Shown: positions 17,507 through 28,159, numbered from the stretch's first letter. The stretch: 61,118 nt of DNA from Bacillota bacterium (GCA_018400435.1 JAGYMW010000001.1:1-61118), one strand, 5' to 3'. Program-made: numbers and translations. The notes: generated by a model not told the origin, from the sequence alone.

Positions 17507-20194
17507 TTAACGAGCTAACTTTCTGATATTGACCGCGCAGACTTTTAGCTCGGGGATGCCGGCAACGGGATCATGAACATCGTTGGTAAGCAGGTTTGTG
17601 GCGGTTTCACGGTAATGGAAGGTCATAAATACCGTTCCCGGAGCAACTTTGTCGGTTAGTCTTACTTTTGCCTGTACCTGCCCTCGCCGGGAGGTAATTT
17701 CAATCATGTCTTCGTCCTGCAGGCCGAGAGCAATACCATCCTGTGGGCTAACCTGAACGAATTCTTCAGGGCGGTGCCTGGAAAGGCCCTTTGAGCGGCG
17801 GCTCATTGTTCCCGTATGATAGTGGAAAAGATGTCTGCCGGTAGTCAGGATAAAGGGATAAGTTTCATCTGGCTCTTCAGCCGGTTTTTTGTATTCGACA
17901 GCACTGAACAAGCCTTTACCGCGTGCAAAAATATCTTTGTGCAGATAGCAGGTCCCTTCATGCTCGGGGCTGGGGCAGGGCCACTGCAGGCTATTTGATT
18001 GCAGGCGTTTGTAACTTAACCCTCCATAGCTCGGTGTAACAGCAGCAATTTCGGCAAAAACTTCTTCAGCACTTTTATAATTCCAGGGGAAACCCAACTT
18101 TTTCCCAAGTTCGGTGATTATTTGCCAATCAGGGCGTGCTTCGCCGGGAGCCTTAACTGCGGGGTAACTCAGTTGTACCCTGCGTTCAGTGTTGGTGTAT
18201 GTGCCATATCTTTCTGCATAAGCGGCAGCCGGCAGGATCACATCTGCATAAGCTGATGTTTCGTTCATAAAGATATCCTGGGCAACAAGAAAATCAAGTT
18301 TTTCAAGTGCTTTGATTACATGCGAAGAGTTAGGATCACTGAGGATGGGATTTTCGCCCATGATGTACATCCCTTTTATAGATCCATCGAGTACTGCCTG
18401 GAACATGTCTGTAGCCTGCAAGCCTGGTTTATTGCTTAATTTGACCTGCCAGGTTGTTGATAGCTGATCCATTACTTTTTTATCGCCGACTTGCTGATAG
18501 GCGGTATACACATTGGGAAGAGCACCCATATCACAAGCACCCTGCACGTTATTTTGACCGCGAAGTGGGTTTACGCCGGTAGATGGACGTCCGATATTAC
18601 CGGTGAGCATGGCCAGGTTGGCCAGAGAAAGAACATTGTCTGTGCCGGTAGTGTGCTGGGTTATACCCATGGTGTAAAGAATACTGGCTTTTCCTTCCCG
18701 GGCATAGATTTTTGCAGCTTCGATTAAATCTTCCACCTTCACCCCTGTTATCTTTGCGACATATTCAGGTGAATACTTTTCAACCGTTTGTTTAAATTTC
18801 TCATAGTTTTCCGTTCTGTCAGAGATAAAACTGCTGTCCATGAGGCCATTGCTGATGATGACGTTAGCAAGCCCGTTAATCAAAGCAACATCAGTGCCCG
18901 GTCTCAGGGGTAAGTGGACGGTAGCAATCTTAACGAGATCTATATTCCTCGGATCGGCAACAATCAGGGCTGCACCGTTGGCAACCGCCTGACGGATCCT
19001 GTAACTGATCACCGGATGGGTTTCTGTAGTATTGGAGCCAATTACAAGAATTGTGTCACAGCCTGTAATTTCTTCAATACTGTTTGTCATCGCTCCACTT
19101 CCAAATGCTCTGGCCAGACCGGCCACAGTTGGAGAGTGTCAAAGCCGTGCACAGTGATCGATATTATTGGTCCCGATTGAGCGCATCATCTTTTGTATCA
19201 GGTAGTTGTCTTCATTGCTCGCTTTTGCCGAGCTCAAAGCAGCAATAGCATCTGCGCTGTAATTTTCTTTTATTGTGCTCAGTTTCTCTGCAACGAAATC
19301 AAGAGCCTCGTCCCATTCAACCTCGACAAAAACGCCCTCTTTTTTTAGCAATGGCTTAGTCAGTCTATCTTCACTCTGAATATAGTCCCAGCCAAAGCGC
19401 CCCTTGGTGCAAAGATGCCCGCGATTGACCGGGCTGTCGGGATCAGGGGAAGCGTCGATTATTTTACCATTTTTGACATGTAGATATACTGAACATCCTG
19501 TTCCACAATAGGGGCAGATTGTTTTTATCTTTTCAATTTCCCAGGGACGGCCTTGCCCCAGGCCGGCTTTAGGAATTAATGCACCCACCGGACAGCTATC
19601 CACACACATCCCGCAGAATACACAGGACGAGTTCTCGATTGGATCTCTATAAGGGGGCGCTACAATTGTATCAAAACCCCTGTTTATAAAATCAATAGCT
19701 CCTGCTCCGACAATTTCCTGGCATTTGCCTACGCAGATGCCACATAAGATACACTTATTCATATCGCGAATAAAAAATGGGTTGGTATCATCCGGGGCCA
19801 ACTTTTTGACCTCACCAACAAACTCGCTTTCAGAAATTCCGTAGCGGTAGCAGTAATCCTGCAGTTTGCAGTTACCCGTCCGTTCACAGGTGATGCATTC
19901 CAGCGGATGGTTGGCAATCATTAAACTTAGAACATTTTTACGGGCACTGACCACTCTTTCCGACTCAGTATAGACTACCATCCCTTCTATGACCGGAGTA
20001 ACACAGGACGCCACTAAATTTTTTGCCTTTTCTACTTCTACGACACATATCCGGCAGGCTCCGTTTGGTGGAAGTTCAGGATCATAACACAAAGTGGGGA
20101 TGTCAATACCCTGCTGTCTTGCTGCTTCCAGGATTGTTGTTCCTGCTGGGACTGAAATTTTCTGACCATTAATAGTTAAATTTACCTTTGACAT
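17507..20194 (-). CDS. fdhA: Formate dehydrogenase alpha subunit, selenocysteine-containing (UGA at 19139-19141 read as Sec). NuoG-like N-terminus (2Fe-2S plus several 4Fe-4S) fused to a molybdopterin oxidoreductase.
   Basis: Two track ORFs are in the same frame, separated only by TGA: ..[30 protein letters not shown]... N-terminus has CYDPEL..CRIC, HPLECITCERTGNC, CILCGICVGKC, CVFCGMCVDSCP and CPYCGTGC. Start is ATG 20194 (MSKVNLTING) after GAGGGA. Confidence 0.9.
19101..19141 (-). promoter_or_regulatory. UGA(Sec) codon plus bacterial SECIS-like hairpin
   Basis: mRNA UGA CAC UCU CCA ACU GUG GCC GGU CUG GCC AGA GCA UUU GG. Stem GGCC/GGCC (extendable with bulges to CCAA/UUGG), apical loop GGUCU. 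GGU starts 22 nt from the U of UGA, the same spacing and GGUCUG sequence I recall for E. coli fdhF. Confidence 0.8.
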
Positions 20195-20413
20195 ATAAGA
20201 TCCCTCATCAAAATTTTGAATATCTAACTTAATCGATAATATCATATATTTTTTTTAATTTAAAGCTGTGTTACGTTATTCTTTAGTCTCTGTTCATCCC
20301 CGAACTGCCCGTAAAGTTAAAAACAAAAAGGCCTGATCACCCTATCTTAATAACAGTAAGTAATGGTTGCCTGATAGTTATGGTAGACATGGATCGTGAA
20401 TCGGGCAGGCCTG

Positions 20414-20442
20414 TTGACGTCTTAACCCGGGCCGGTTATAAT
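20414..20442 (+). promoter_or_regulatory. Candidate sigma-A promoter for mfd
   Basis: TTGACG-17 nt-TATAAT. Confidence 0.6.
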
Positions 20443-20526
20443 TTTAACTGTTATTATGGGGGGATTGTGAAAGTCCTCCCCTTTTGTGTTGTACCGAACA
20501 GGTTTTTTGAGAAAGGAGCATTTACT

Positions 20527-23500
20527 ATGCCTGAGAGGCTTCTTAATTTATGGACAGAAGATCAGGCTTTTAAAAAGATCATCAGCGGTATACATGATTC
20601 ACCGGCTTACCGGGCCTCGGTAACCGGCCTGGATGGCAGTGCCAGATCATTCTTTGCTGCCGTCCTGTCCAGGCATGCCGGCCGGCCGGTTCTGGTTGTC
20701 GCTGGTGATACCGGCCGGGCTGAAAGCATTTTTGCCGATCTCTCTACATATTTCCCCGGTGAAGTAAAAATGCTTCCACCGCGGGAGCTCTTTGTCAGTA
20801 CGGAAATATTATCACGCAGTGAAGAATACCCGTGGATGAGATTGCGCTTTATGGAATGGCTGAACAGCGGAGGCTGTGGTATCTATGTTACGACTGCCGC
20901 TGCCCTGCTTTCAAAAGTACTGCCGCCGGCAATGTGGGAAGGTTTGATTATCAGGTTGCACCAGGGCAAAACTGTCGATCGTCAGGTTTTAATCAACAGG
21001 CTTGTGGAAACCGGTTATCAAAGAAGCGCTTTAACGGAAACTGCCGGTCAGTTCAGTGCCCGCGGAGATATAATTGATATTTACCCACCGGCCGGTAACT
21101 CCCCGTACCGGGTAGATCTTTTTGATAATGTGATTGAGTCAATTAAATATTTTGATCCTTCTACCCAGCGTTCAACGGAGATGACTGATGAAGCCGTGAT
21201 CCTGCCGGCCAGGGAGCTGCCTCTGCCGGCGAAGGTTTATGCCAGGGGACGGCAGTTGATACTCAAGAAACTTGAAAGCGCTGTTGCCAGGTTGACCCGG
21301 CGAGGTGAAGAAAAGGCAGCGGTTGTTTTAAAAGAGCAGATTAACCGTCACCTGGAAAGGTTGTCCCAGCCCGACGGCCTCGACATGCTGAGTTCTTACT
21401 TTTCATTCTTTTACGGTGACGGCGCTTCATTGCTTGATTACCTGTCTTCGGATCACCTGGTGGTTGTCGAAGAACCGGCTACCCTGATCGAAAAAGGGAA
21501 CAATCTGCGGCATGAACTGGCCGTTTACCTGAGCAATGTTTTGCTCAATGCCGAGTTAATAGTTAATAATCACCAGCAGCTCTGGGATGAAGAAGAACTG
21601 TTTCAGCGAACTCGCTGCCCCCTGCTCTTTTGTTCTCTTTTCCCCGGAGATAACATTGCGGGTGGTGATTTGCCGGCATATCATTTTGATGCTAAAAGTG
21701 CCCCTTCGTATCACGGGCAGCGGGATCTTTTCAGGAACGATTACAAAAGATGGCTGGAAAATGGCTACAGCGTTTATCTGATCGCCGGGACTGAGAAACG
21801 TGGTCGGGGGTTGAGAGAATTTTTGGCTGATCCCGAAGAGCCGGGGTCGCAGCATAAAGAAAATTTACCGCTTATTGATCCGGAACAGGTAACGGTTCTC
21901 ACCGGCACCCTGGAGGAAGGATTTGTTGTGCCTTCTTTGAAACTGGCGGTTATAGACGAACAAAACCTGTTGCCAAAACGGAAGAAGAAAAAAAGAGCTG
22001 TCTCCAAAAGCGGTATTCGGCTCAGTGATTATCGTGAACTGAAGCCGGGTGATTATGTGGTCCACGAACAGCATGGTATCGGCAGGTATCAGGGGACCAG
22101 CACTCTTGAAATTGGAGGGACAATGCGTGATTACCTCATGCTGCGCTACAGGGGTGCTGATCGCCTTTATATACCAATCGATCAGGTAGAGTTGATTCAG
22201 AAATATTCGGGGGGAGAGGGGCCTCCTCCCCGCCTGCACAGCCTGGGAGGAGGAGAATGGCAGCGCATTAAGAGCAGGGTCAACCGCTCAATAGAGGAAC
22301 TGGCCCGGGAGCTTTTATCTATTTACGCTGCCAGGCAGGCTGTGGAAGGTTATGCCTTTGGTCCCGATCATTCCTGGCAGGAAGAATTCGAAGCAAATTT
22401 CCCTTACGAAGAAACGCCGGATCAGCAGCGCGCTATTGTTGATGTGAAAACCGATCTGGAAAAGGAACAACCTATGGACAGGTTGATCTGCGGTGATGTT
22501 GGTTACGGGAAAACTGAGGTAGCCATGCGAGCTGCTTTCAAAGTAGTCATAGAAGGAAAACAGGTTGCTGTGCTTGTCCCCACTACGGTTTTGGCTATGC
22601 AGCATTACAATACTTTCCGGGAACGCTTTGCAGGATTTCCCGTAAAAATTGCCTGCCTGAGCAGGTTCGTAGCGAAGAGCAAGCAAAAAGAAATAATTGA
22701 AGATCTCTCGACCGGCAAGATCGACATTGTAATTGGGACCCATCGTCTTTTGTCTGCGGACATCTCTTTTAACGATCTGGGGCTTTTTGTCGCAGACGAA
22801 GAACAGCGTTTTGGAGTGCTCCAGAAAGAAAAAATGAAAAAAATGCGCCTGGAAATAGATGCACTGACTCTTACTGCCACACCTATTCCGAGGACTCTTC
22901 ATCTATCTCTGGCCGGGGCCAGGGATCTGAGCATTATCGAAACCCCGCCGGAAAACCGTTTCCCTATCCAAACTTATGTCCTGGAGTACTCTGAAGAATT
23001 ACTGCGTGAAGCAGTTCAGCGCGAAATCAGCCGGGGCGGGCAGGTTTTCATTGTCTACAACAGGATTGATCGGATTAGCAGGTTTGCGGAACGGATTCAG
23101 AAAATTTTTCCGAAAGCATCTGTTGCTGTTGGACACGGTCGGATGCCGGAAGCGAATCTTGAACGAGTTATGACCGATTTTCAGGCCGGCCTTCACCAGA
23201 TCTTGATCAGCACAACGATCATAGAATCAGGTCTCGACATTCCCAATGTTAATACATTAATCATCTGTGATGCAGATAAATTCGGCCTGGCTCAACTTTA
23301 TCAGATCAGGGGACGGGTGGGACGTTCCGATCGCCTGGCTTATGCTTACCTTACTTATCGAAGAGACAAGGTGGTATCTGAAGATGCACGCAAGAGGTTA
23401 AAGGCGATTAAGGAATTTACCGAGCTGGGTTCAGGGTTTAAAATAGCGCTGCGGGATCTGGAGATTCGAGGCGCGGGTAATATTCTCGGTGCCGAACAAC

Positions 23501-24084
23501 ATGGTTTTATTGCTGCTGTGGGTTATGATCTATATGTCAAGCTGCTCGATCAGGCCGTTGCCGTGCTGAAAAATGAAAAAGGCGCACCAAAAGTTGACAC
23601 CAGACTTGATCTACCTGTAGATGCCTATATCCCTTCCGCCTATGTTGGAGCGCAGGCCCAAAAGGTTGATTTCTACCGTCGCATTTACGGAAGCGATTCG
23701 CTGCAAGAACTGCTGGAACTGGGTGAAGAACTGATCGATCGGTTCGGGACGCCCCCCGAACCGGTCAATAATTTATTAAAGATTGGAGAGCTGCGTATTC
23801 TGGCGGCCCGGCTTAAAGTTACTTCTGTCCAGCAGAAAAAAACAATTCAGATCCGCTTCACTCCAGAGGCATCTGTGGATGAAAACTGTTTTGGACGAGC
23901 CAACACGGTTGACCGACAGAGTCTCATCAAAGAGAGGGAAGAACCTTTTTCAATCAGGATAAAACCTGACGGGTTGCAGGGATCTGTTATCGACGGTTTG
24001 CTTGCCCTGTTCAGAGAATTGATCATTATGCAAGAAGGACAGAAGGAACAGACTGCTGACAGCGGGGTTTCCAACCTGTTATAA
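20527..24084 (+). CDS. mfd: Transcription-repair coupling factor
   Basis: UvrB-homology N-terminus, CarD-like ..LKPGDYVVHEQHGIGRY.., helicase motifs GDVGYGKTEVA, DEEQRFGV, TATPIPRTL and QLYQIRGRVGRS. ATG 20527 follows AAAGGAG. Confidence 0.95.
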   Translation: MPERLLNLWTEDQAFKKIISGIHDSPAYRASVTGLDGSARSFFAAVLSRHAGRPVLVVAGDTGRAESIFADLSTYFPGEVKMLPPRELFVSTEILSRSEEYPWMRLRFMEWLNSGGCGIYVTTAAALLSKVLPPAMWEGLIIRLHQGKTVDRQVLINRLVETGYQRSALTETAGQFSARGDIIDIYPPAGNSPYRVDLFDNVIESIKYFDPSTQRSTEMTDEAVILPARELPLPAKVYARGRQLILKKLESAVARLTRRGEEKAAVVLKEQINRHLERLSQPDGLDMLSSYFSFFYGDGASLLDYLSSDHLVVVEEPATLIEKGNNLRHELAVYLSNVLLNAELIVNNHQQLWDEEELFQRTRCPLLFCSLFPGDNIAGGDLPAYHFDAKSAPSYHGQRDLFRNDYKRWLENGYSVYLIAGTEKRGRGLREFLADPEEPGSQHKENLPLIDPEQVTVLTGTLEEGFVVPSLKLAVIDEQNLLPKRKKKKRAVSKSGIRLSDYRELKPGDYVVHEQHGIGRYQGTSTLEIGGTMRDYLMLRYRGADRLYIPIDQVELIQKYSGGEGPPPRLHSLGGGEWQRIKSRVNRSIEELARELLSIYAARQAVEGYAFGPDHSWQEEFEANFPYEETPDQQRAIVDVKTDLEKEQPMDRLICGDVGYGKTEVAMRAAFKVVIEGKQVAVLVPTTVLAMQHYNTFRERFAGFPVKIACLSRFVAKSKQKEIIEDLSTGKIDIVIGTHRLLSADISFNDLGLFVADEEQRFGVLQKEKMKKMRLEIDALTLTATPIPRTLHLSLAGARDLSIIETPPENRFPIQTYVLEYSEELLREAVQREISRGGQVFIVYNRIDRISRFAERIQKIFPKASVAVGHGRMPEANLERVMTDFQAGLHQILISTTIIESGLDIPNVNTLIICDADKFGLAQLYQIRGRVGRSDRLAYAYLTYRRDKVVSEDARKRLKAIKEFTELGSGFKIALRDLEIRGAGNILGAEQHGFIAAVGYDLYVKLLDQAVAVLKNEKGAPKVDTRLDLPVDAYIPSAYVGAQAQKVDFYRRIYGSDSLQELLELGEELIDRFGTPPEPVNNLLKIGELRILAARLKVTSVQQKKTIQIRFTPEASVDENCFGRANTVDRQSLIKEREEPFSIRIKPDGLQGSVIDGLLALFRELIIMQEGQKEQTADSGVSNLL

Positions 24085-24119
24085 TACAGGTCAGAATAAC
24101 TTTAAGAAGGTAATTTATT

Positions 24120-25745
24120 TTGGGCACCAGCAATTCATCGTTTGTCAGAGGAGCAGCCATTCTGGCCGTAACCGGTATCGCCGCGCGGATTGTAGGAGCC
24201 GTCTTCAGGATAATTCTGGCTGCAATCCTGGGTGATGAAGGAATCGGCCTTTACCAGTATGCTTATCCCATTTATTCAACCCTGCTGGTGATATCCACTG
24301 CAGGAATTCCCGTTGCCCTTTCCAAAATAATGGCCGAGAAAATAGCCATGCGCGAATACAGCGAAGCGATGAGAGCATTTCGCATTGCTTTTGTCATTCT
24401 TATGCTAAGCGGCCTTGCTATCTTTTTTGTCCTTCTGCTGGGGGCTGATTTTATTGCCGCTACGGTGATTAGGGATATGAAAGCGGTTTATCCCCTGATG
24501 GCAATTTCACCGGCTATTTTTTTTGTGACAATTATGGCCTCGCTGCGCGGGTTTTTCCAGGGGCAACAGAATATGCTACCCACTGCTCTTTCTCAGTTTA
24601 TAGAACAGCTGGTCAGGGTCGGATTTGCTTTAGGCCTGGTTTTATTGTACCTGCCGGTAGGCATTGAATATGCCGCCGCCGGTGCAACTTCTGGAGCGGC
24701 GGCCGGCGGGTTGGCCGGCCTTTTATTCCTGGGGTTCCTTTATTGGAGAAACCGTCGTTCCTTATGGCAGGAAAAGAAAAGCCAAAGCAGTAATCCCGAA
24801 TCCGTAAGCCGGATAATCAACCGTATCCTGAGCCTGGCGGTGCCGGTAACCATCGGTGGGCTGGTCATTCCTCTTATATCGCTGATCGACCTGGCGGTAG
24901 TTCCACGGCAGTTGCAGGCGGCCGGCTTCGATATTGCAAGCGCACGCGCTTTGTATGGACAGCTTACTGGCATGGCCGGTTCTGTTGTTTATTTCCCCAA
25001 TGTAGTGGCCTTAGCCCTCAGCATGAGTCTTGTACCGGCCATTTCTGAAGCTTATACTCTGAAGAATGACGTCCTTATTCGCAGCCGATCGGCCGTTGCT
25101 GTGAAATTAACAGCCCTGTTTTCCATTCCCTCGGCTGTCGGTTTGTTCGTTCTGGCCGAACCGATCACCGTTCTCCTGTTTAATAATGCCGAAGCTGGTT
25201 ATCCCCTTGCCTGGATGTCCTGGTCAGTGATCCCTCTGTGTATCTATGTTTCGACAACCGGTTTAATCCAGGGCCTTGGCAAAGCAATTGTCCCTGCTCT
25301 CAATATGTTATACGGGGGGATTGTTAAAACAATCCTGGCCTGGCACCTAACGGCTATTCCTTCTCTTAATGTGGGCGGTTCTGCCCTGGCGTCTGTAATC
25401 GGCCTTGCAGTAGCGGCAGCATTGAACCTTTATTATGTCCGCCGTTTCACAGGATGGCGGGGAAAAGTGTGGGAATTGCTTGTTCTGCCGGGCATAGCCA
25501 GCGCAGCTATGGCGCTGACTGCGCACCTTATTTATACTGCTATAGCTGGTTTTACGGGGGATTTTTTATCCGGCGGCCTGCTTAACCTGTTTGCCACCCT
25601 GACAGCAATTGCCCTGGGGATCATTGTATACTTTGCAGTCCTCCTTTTATCCGGTGGTTTTACCGGGGAAGAACTGCAGATGCTACCATTCATTGGCAGA
25701 AAACTTGCTTTAATGGCAATACGCTTCAGGAAAAAGTCTGGCTAG
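24120..25745 (+). CDS. MOP-superfamily flippase (SpoVB/YabM/MurJ-like polysaccharide biosynthesis protein)
   Basis: About 14 predicted TM segments. N-terminal ..FVRGAAILAVTGIAARIVGAVFRIILAAILGDEGIGLYQYAYPIY.. is typical of SpoVB/YabM. Conserved position after mfd. Confidence 0.8.
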   Translation: MGTSNSSFVRGAAILAVTGIAARIVGAVFRIILAAILGDEGIGLYQYAYPIYSTLLVISTAGIPVALSKIMAEKIAMREYSEAMRAFRIAFVILMLSGLAIFFVLLLGADFIAATVIRDMKAVYPLMAISPAIFFVTIMASLRGFFQGQQNMLPTALSQFIEQLVRVGFALGLVLLYLPVGIEYAAAGATSGAAAGGLAGLLFLGFLYWRNRRSLWQEKKSQSSNPESVSRIINRILSLAVPVTIGGLVIPLISLIDLAVVPRQLQAAGFDIASARALYGQLTGMAGSVVYFPNVVALALSMSLVPAISEAYTLKNDVLIRSRSAVAVKLTALFSIPSAVGLFVLAEPITVLLFNNAEAGYPLAWMSWSVIPLCIYVSTTGLIQGLGKAIVPALNMLYGGIVKTILAWHLTAIPSLNVGGSALASVIGLAVAAALNLYYVRRFTGWRGKVWELLVLPGIASAAMALTAHLIYTAIAGFTGDFLSGGLLNLFATLTAIALGIIVYFAVLLLSGGFTGEELQMLPFIGRKLALMAIRFRKKSG

Positions 25746-25832
25746 AATTAATAAGCCCCGGGCAGCTTTCTGCTTCGGCATTATTTTAAGCTTTAACAAA
25801 TTAGCAATTGTGGTTTTCGGGGAGGTAATTGA

Positions 25833-27287
25833 ATGGATAGAATAATTATCATAGGTCTGGGGCCGGGGTCTCCACGGGATGTAACCAGGGAGGCGCTGTC
25901 ATGGCTAAAAAAAGACTACTTCGTTTATTATCGTACGCTCAGGCATCCTGCTGCCAGGCGCTATGCGGTGCTTGGTAAAAAAGGACAGTCTTTTGATTAT
26001 CTCTACGAAAATGAAAAAGATTTTTCTCACGTTTACAGAAAGATAACTTTTAAATTGATCAAGGCTGCCAGACGACATGGGAATATATGTTATGCTGTCC
26101 CCGGACATCCTGATGTGGGAGAAATAGTTGTTGAAAAACTACGGAAAATTTGCCCGCGTCTGGGCATCGGTCTGCAGTTCGTATCCGGAATAAGTTTTGT
26201 CGAGCCCCTTTTAAACACTCTTCAGATCGATCTCCTGGAGGGTTTCAACATCTATGATGCCCTGGCGCTCGATTCTTTAAAAGAACCATCGCCCAATCAT
26301 CTTATCCTGGCCCAGGTATACAATAATTTCATCGCTTCGCAGGTAAAATTGAAATTGATGGGAATATACCCGGAAAATTATCCGGTAACAGTGATCAGGG
26401 CGGCGGGCACGCCTTTTGAAAAAAGTTGGACAGGATCGCTTTATGATCTTGATCGACAGCCTCTTTTTGATAATTATTCAACAATATATTTGCCGCCGTC
26501 CGGCAAAAAGATGATCGGTGATTTACTTGGTGTTATGACCAGACTGCGCGCCCCGGATGGTTGTCCCTGGGATAGAGAGCAGACCCACATCAGTTTGCGT
26601 CAATACCTGATCGAGGAAGCCTATGAAGTAGTTTCCGCTATTGAAAAAGGGGATGATCAATCATTTAAAGAAGAACTGGGTGATTTGCTCTTACAGGTTG
26701 TTTTTCACAGTGAAATTGCCAGGGAAGAAAAGCGGTTCGATATCTTTGATGTAATTGAAGGAATTACCAAAAAATTAGTCCGCCGTCACCCCCATGTTTT
26801 TGGCCGTGAGAAAGCGGATAATCCAGCCCAGGTTAAAGTCATATGGGAGAAAATCAAATCGAAAGAGCGACACGAAGATAAAACCAGTCCAGCTCTTTCA
26901 GTTGATTACGGCCTTCCAGCCTTACTGAAAGCATATAAACTGCAGAAAAAGGCTGCCCAGTTCGGCTTCGATTGGCCTGCCCTTGACGGCCCTCTGCATA
27001 AAGTCGAAGAAGAACTTTCCGAGCTTCAGGAAGCCTGTAGGAATGAAGACGGTGCTGCGATTGAAGAAGAAATTGGCGATTATCTCTTTTCAATAGTTAA
27101 CGTTGCCCGTTTTCTGAAGGTGAACCCTGAAATGGCTCTCGGTAAGACCATAAAAAAATTTATGAAACGCTTTCAATACATCACTGAACAGGCAGAAAAA
27201 AGGAACCGTCCGCTGAAGGAGTTTACCTTGAAAGAAATGGATGAATGGTGGGAAGAGGCTAAAAAAATAAGGAAAATCGGCAAATAA
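25833..27287 (+). CDS. mazG: YabN/MazG: tetrapyrrole-methylase-like N-domain fused to MazG NTP pyrophosphohydrolase
   Basis: IIIIGLGPG.. N-domain. Tandem MazG repeats: ..CPWDREQTH.SLRQYLIEEAYEV.., EELGDLLLQVVFH and EEIGDYLFSIVNVARF. Confidence 0.9.
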   Translation: MDRIIIIGLGPGSPRDVTREALSWLKKDYFVYYRTLRHPAARRYAVLGKKGQSFDYLYENEKDFSHVYRKITFKLIKAARRHGNICYAVPGHPDVGEIVVEKLRKICPRLGIGLQFVSGISFVEPLLNTLQIDLLEGFNIYDALALDSLKEPSPNHLILAQVYNNFIASQVKLKLMGIYPENYPVTVIRAAGTPFEKSWTGSLYDLDRQPLFDNYSTIYLPPSGKKMIGDLLGVMTRLRAPDGCPWDREQTHISLRQYLIEEAYEVVSAIEKGDDQSFKEELGDLLLQVVFHSEIAREEKRFDIFDVIEGITKKLVRRHPHVFGREKADNPAQVKVIWEKIKSKERHEDKTSPALSVDYGLPALLKAYKLQKKAAQFGFDWPALDGPLHKVEEELSELQEACRNEDGAAIEEEIGDYLFSIVNVARFLKVNPEMALGKTIKKFMKRFQYITEQAEKRNRPLKEFTLKEMDEWWEEAKKIRKIGK

Positions 27288-27365
27288 AGAAGGGATCCAT
27301 TATATAAGAGCGAATAATGATAAACTAATCAGGTATTCCATTTTGCATGAGGAGGGCTTTAAACG

Positions 27366-27638
27366 GTGAACAAATCTGAACTGGTTGATCTTGTTGCAGA
27401 GAAAGCGGGAATGTCTAAAAAGGACAGTGAAAAAGCGGTTAAAGCGGTACTAGAAAGCATAACTGACGGTTTGGTTGGCGGGGATAAAGTGCAGCTGGTA
27501 GGTTTTGGAACTTTCGAGGTCCGCAATCGTAAAGCAAGAGAAGGACGCAACCCGGCTACGGGAGAAAAAATTAAGATCAAAGCCTTGAAGGTTCCTGCTT
27601 TTAAACCGGGTAAAGCACTAAAGGAAAAAGTAAAATAA
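27366..27638 (+). CDS. hup: HU-family DNA-binding protein
   Basis: MNKSELVDLVAEKAGMSKKDSEKAV..VQLVGFGTFEVRNRKAREGRNPATGE.I.I. Confidence 0.95.
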   Translation: MNKSELVDLVAEKAGMSKKDSEKAVKAVLESITDGLVGGDKVQLVGFGTFEVRNRKAREGRNPATGEKIKIKALKVPAFKPGKALKEKVK

Positions 27639-27679
27639 CCTAACAGTTTATTTTAGATATGAAAATCATTACTGTCTTT

Positions 27680-27706
27680 AATCCTCCACTGGGGGATTTT
27701 TCTTTT
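27680..27706 (+). terminator. Intrinsic terminator after hup
   Basis: AATCCTCC-ACT-GGGGGATT, then TTTCTTTT. Confidence 0.75.
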
Positions 27707-27814
27707 AATGTATCATACCTTTCTTAAAATGGCAAAATAAGTTATTATTCTGTAAGAGCAGGAAATTGGTTTTCCCTGTCGAAGTGCATTAAAAATTAAC
27801 GGTTGTAAGACGGT

Positions 27815-28159
27815 GTGAACACTATGAAAGCTAAAAACAGGACGGGGGGAAAAGAGGTATCAGATTTTCCCCGGCAGTACAGGGAAACCAATTATGGCTC
27901 TTACCGTTTGGTGAGTGCTGTTGGTATTTTAGTGATCGTTGCCCTGCTGCTGATGATCGGTGCCCAGTATGTCAAGCAATGCCTGGTAAAAGATGAACTG
28001 GCCGAATATGAATCACGTATTGATAAACTTGAAATCCGCAGGGATACGCTGGAAGAAGAGATTGAAAGGCTTCAGGATCCCGGGTATCTAGAAGTGATGG
28101 CTCGAGACAGGCTTGGGTTGGTAAAGCCCGGAGAGGTTATATTTCAACTGGAGGATTGA
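27815..28159 (+). CDS. divIC: Septum formation initiator (FtsB/DivIC family)
   Basis: Single N-terminal TM followed by a coiled coil; ..RDRLGLVKPGEVIF.. is the family's C-terminal signature. Start could be ATG 27824. Confidence 0.8.
   Translation: MNTMKAKNRTGGKEVSDFPRQYRETNYGSYRLVSAVGILVIVALLLMIGAQYVKQCLVKDELAEYESRIDKLEIRRDTLEEEIERLQDPGYLEVMARDRLGLVKPGEVIFQLED

Noticed and set aside
17507-20245. Treating 17507..19126 and 19139..20245 as two separate genes, or as a disrupted pseudogene.
   Set aside because: Same frame, a single TGA at the conserved Sec position, and a SECIS-like hairpin at canonical spacing. Called as one selenoprotein gene.
20456-20500. Hairpin GGGGGG..TCCTCCCC followed by TTTTGTG in the mfd leader, considered as a possible attenuator.
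   Set aside because: The stem is short and imperfect (6 bp with a G-U pair) and no alternative structure is obvious. Too weak to call.
20380-20526. 5' extensions proposed by the ORF track: mfd from 20380, ksgA from 5503, NTP-transferase from 9968, aroF from 15445, ftsH from 30836, dmpA-like from 32952, coaX from 40991, abrB to 1876, fdhA to 20245, PFOR to 46685.
   Set aside because: The extensions lack family similarity. They run through promoters, terminators or the T-box. Internal starts have well-spaced GGAGG-type SDs.
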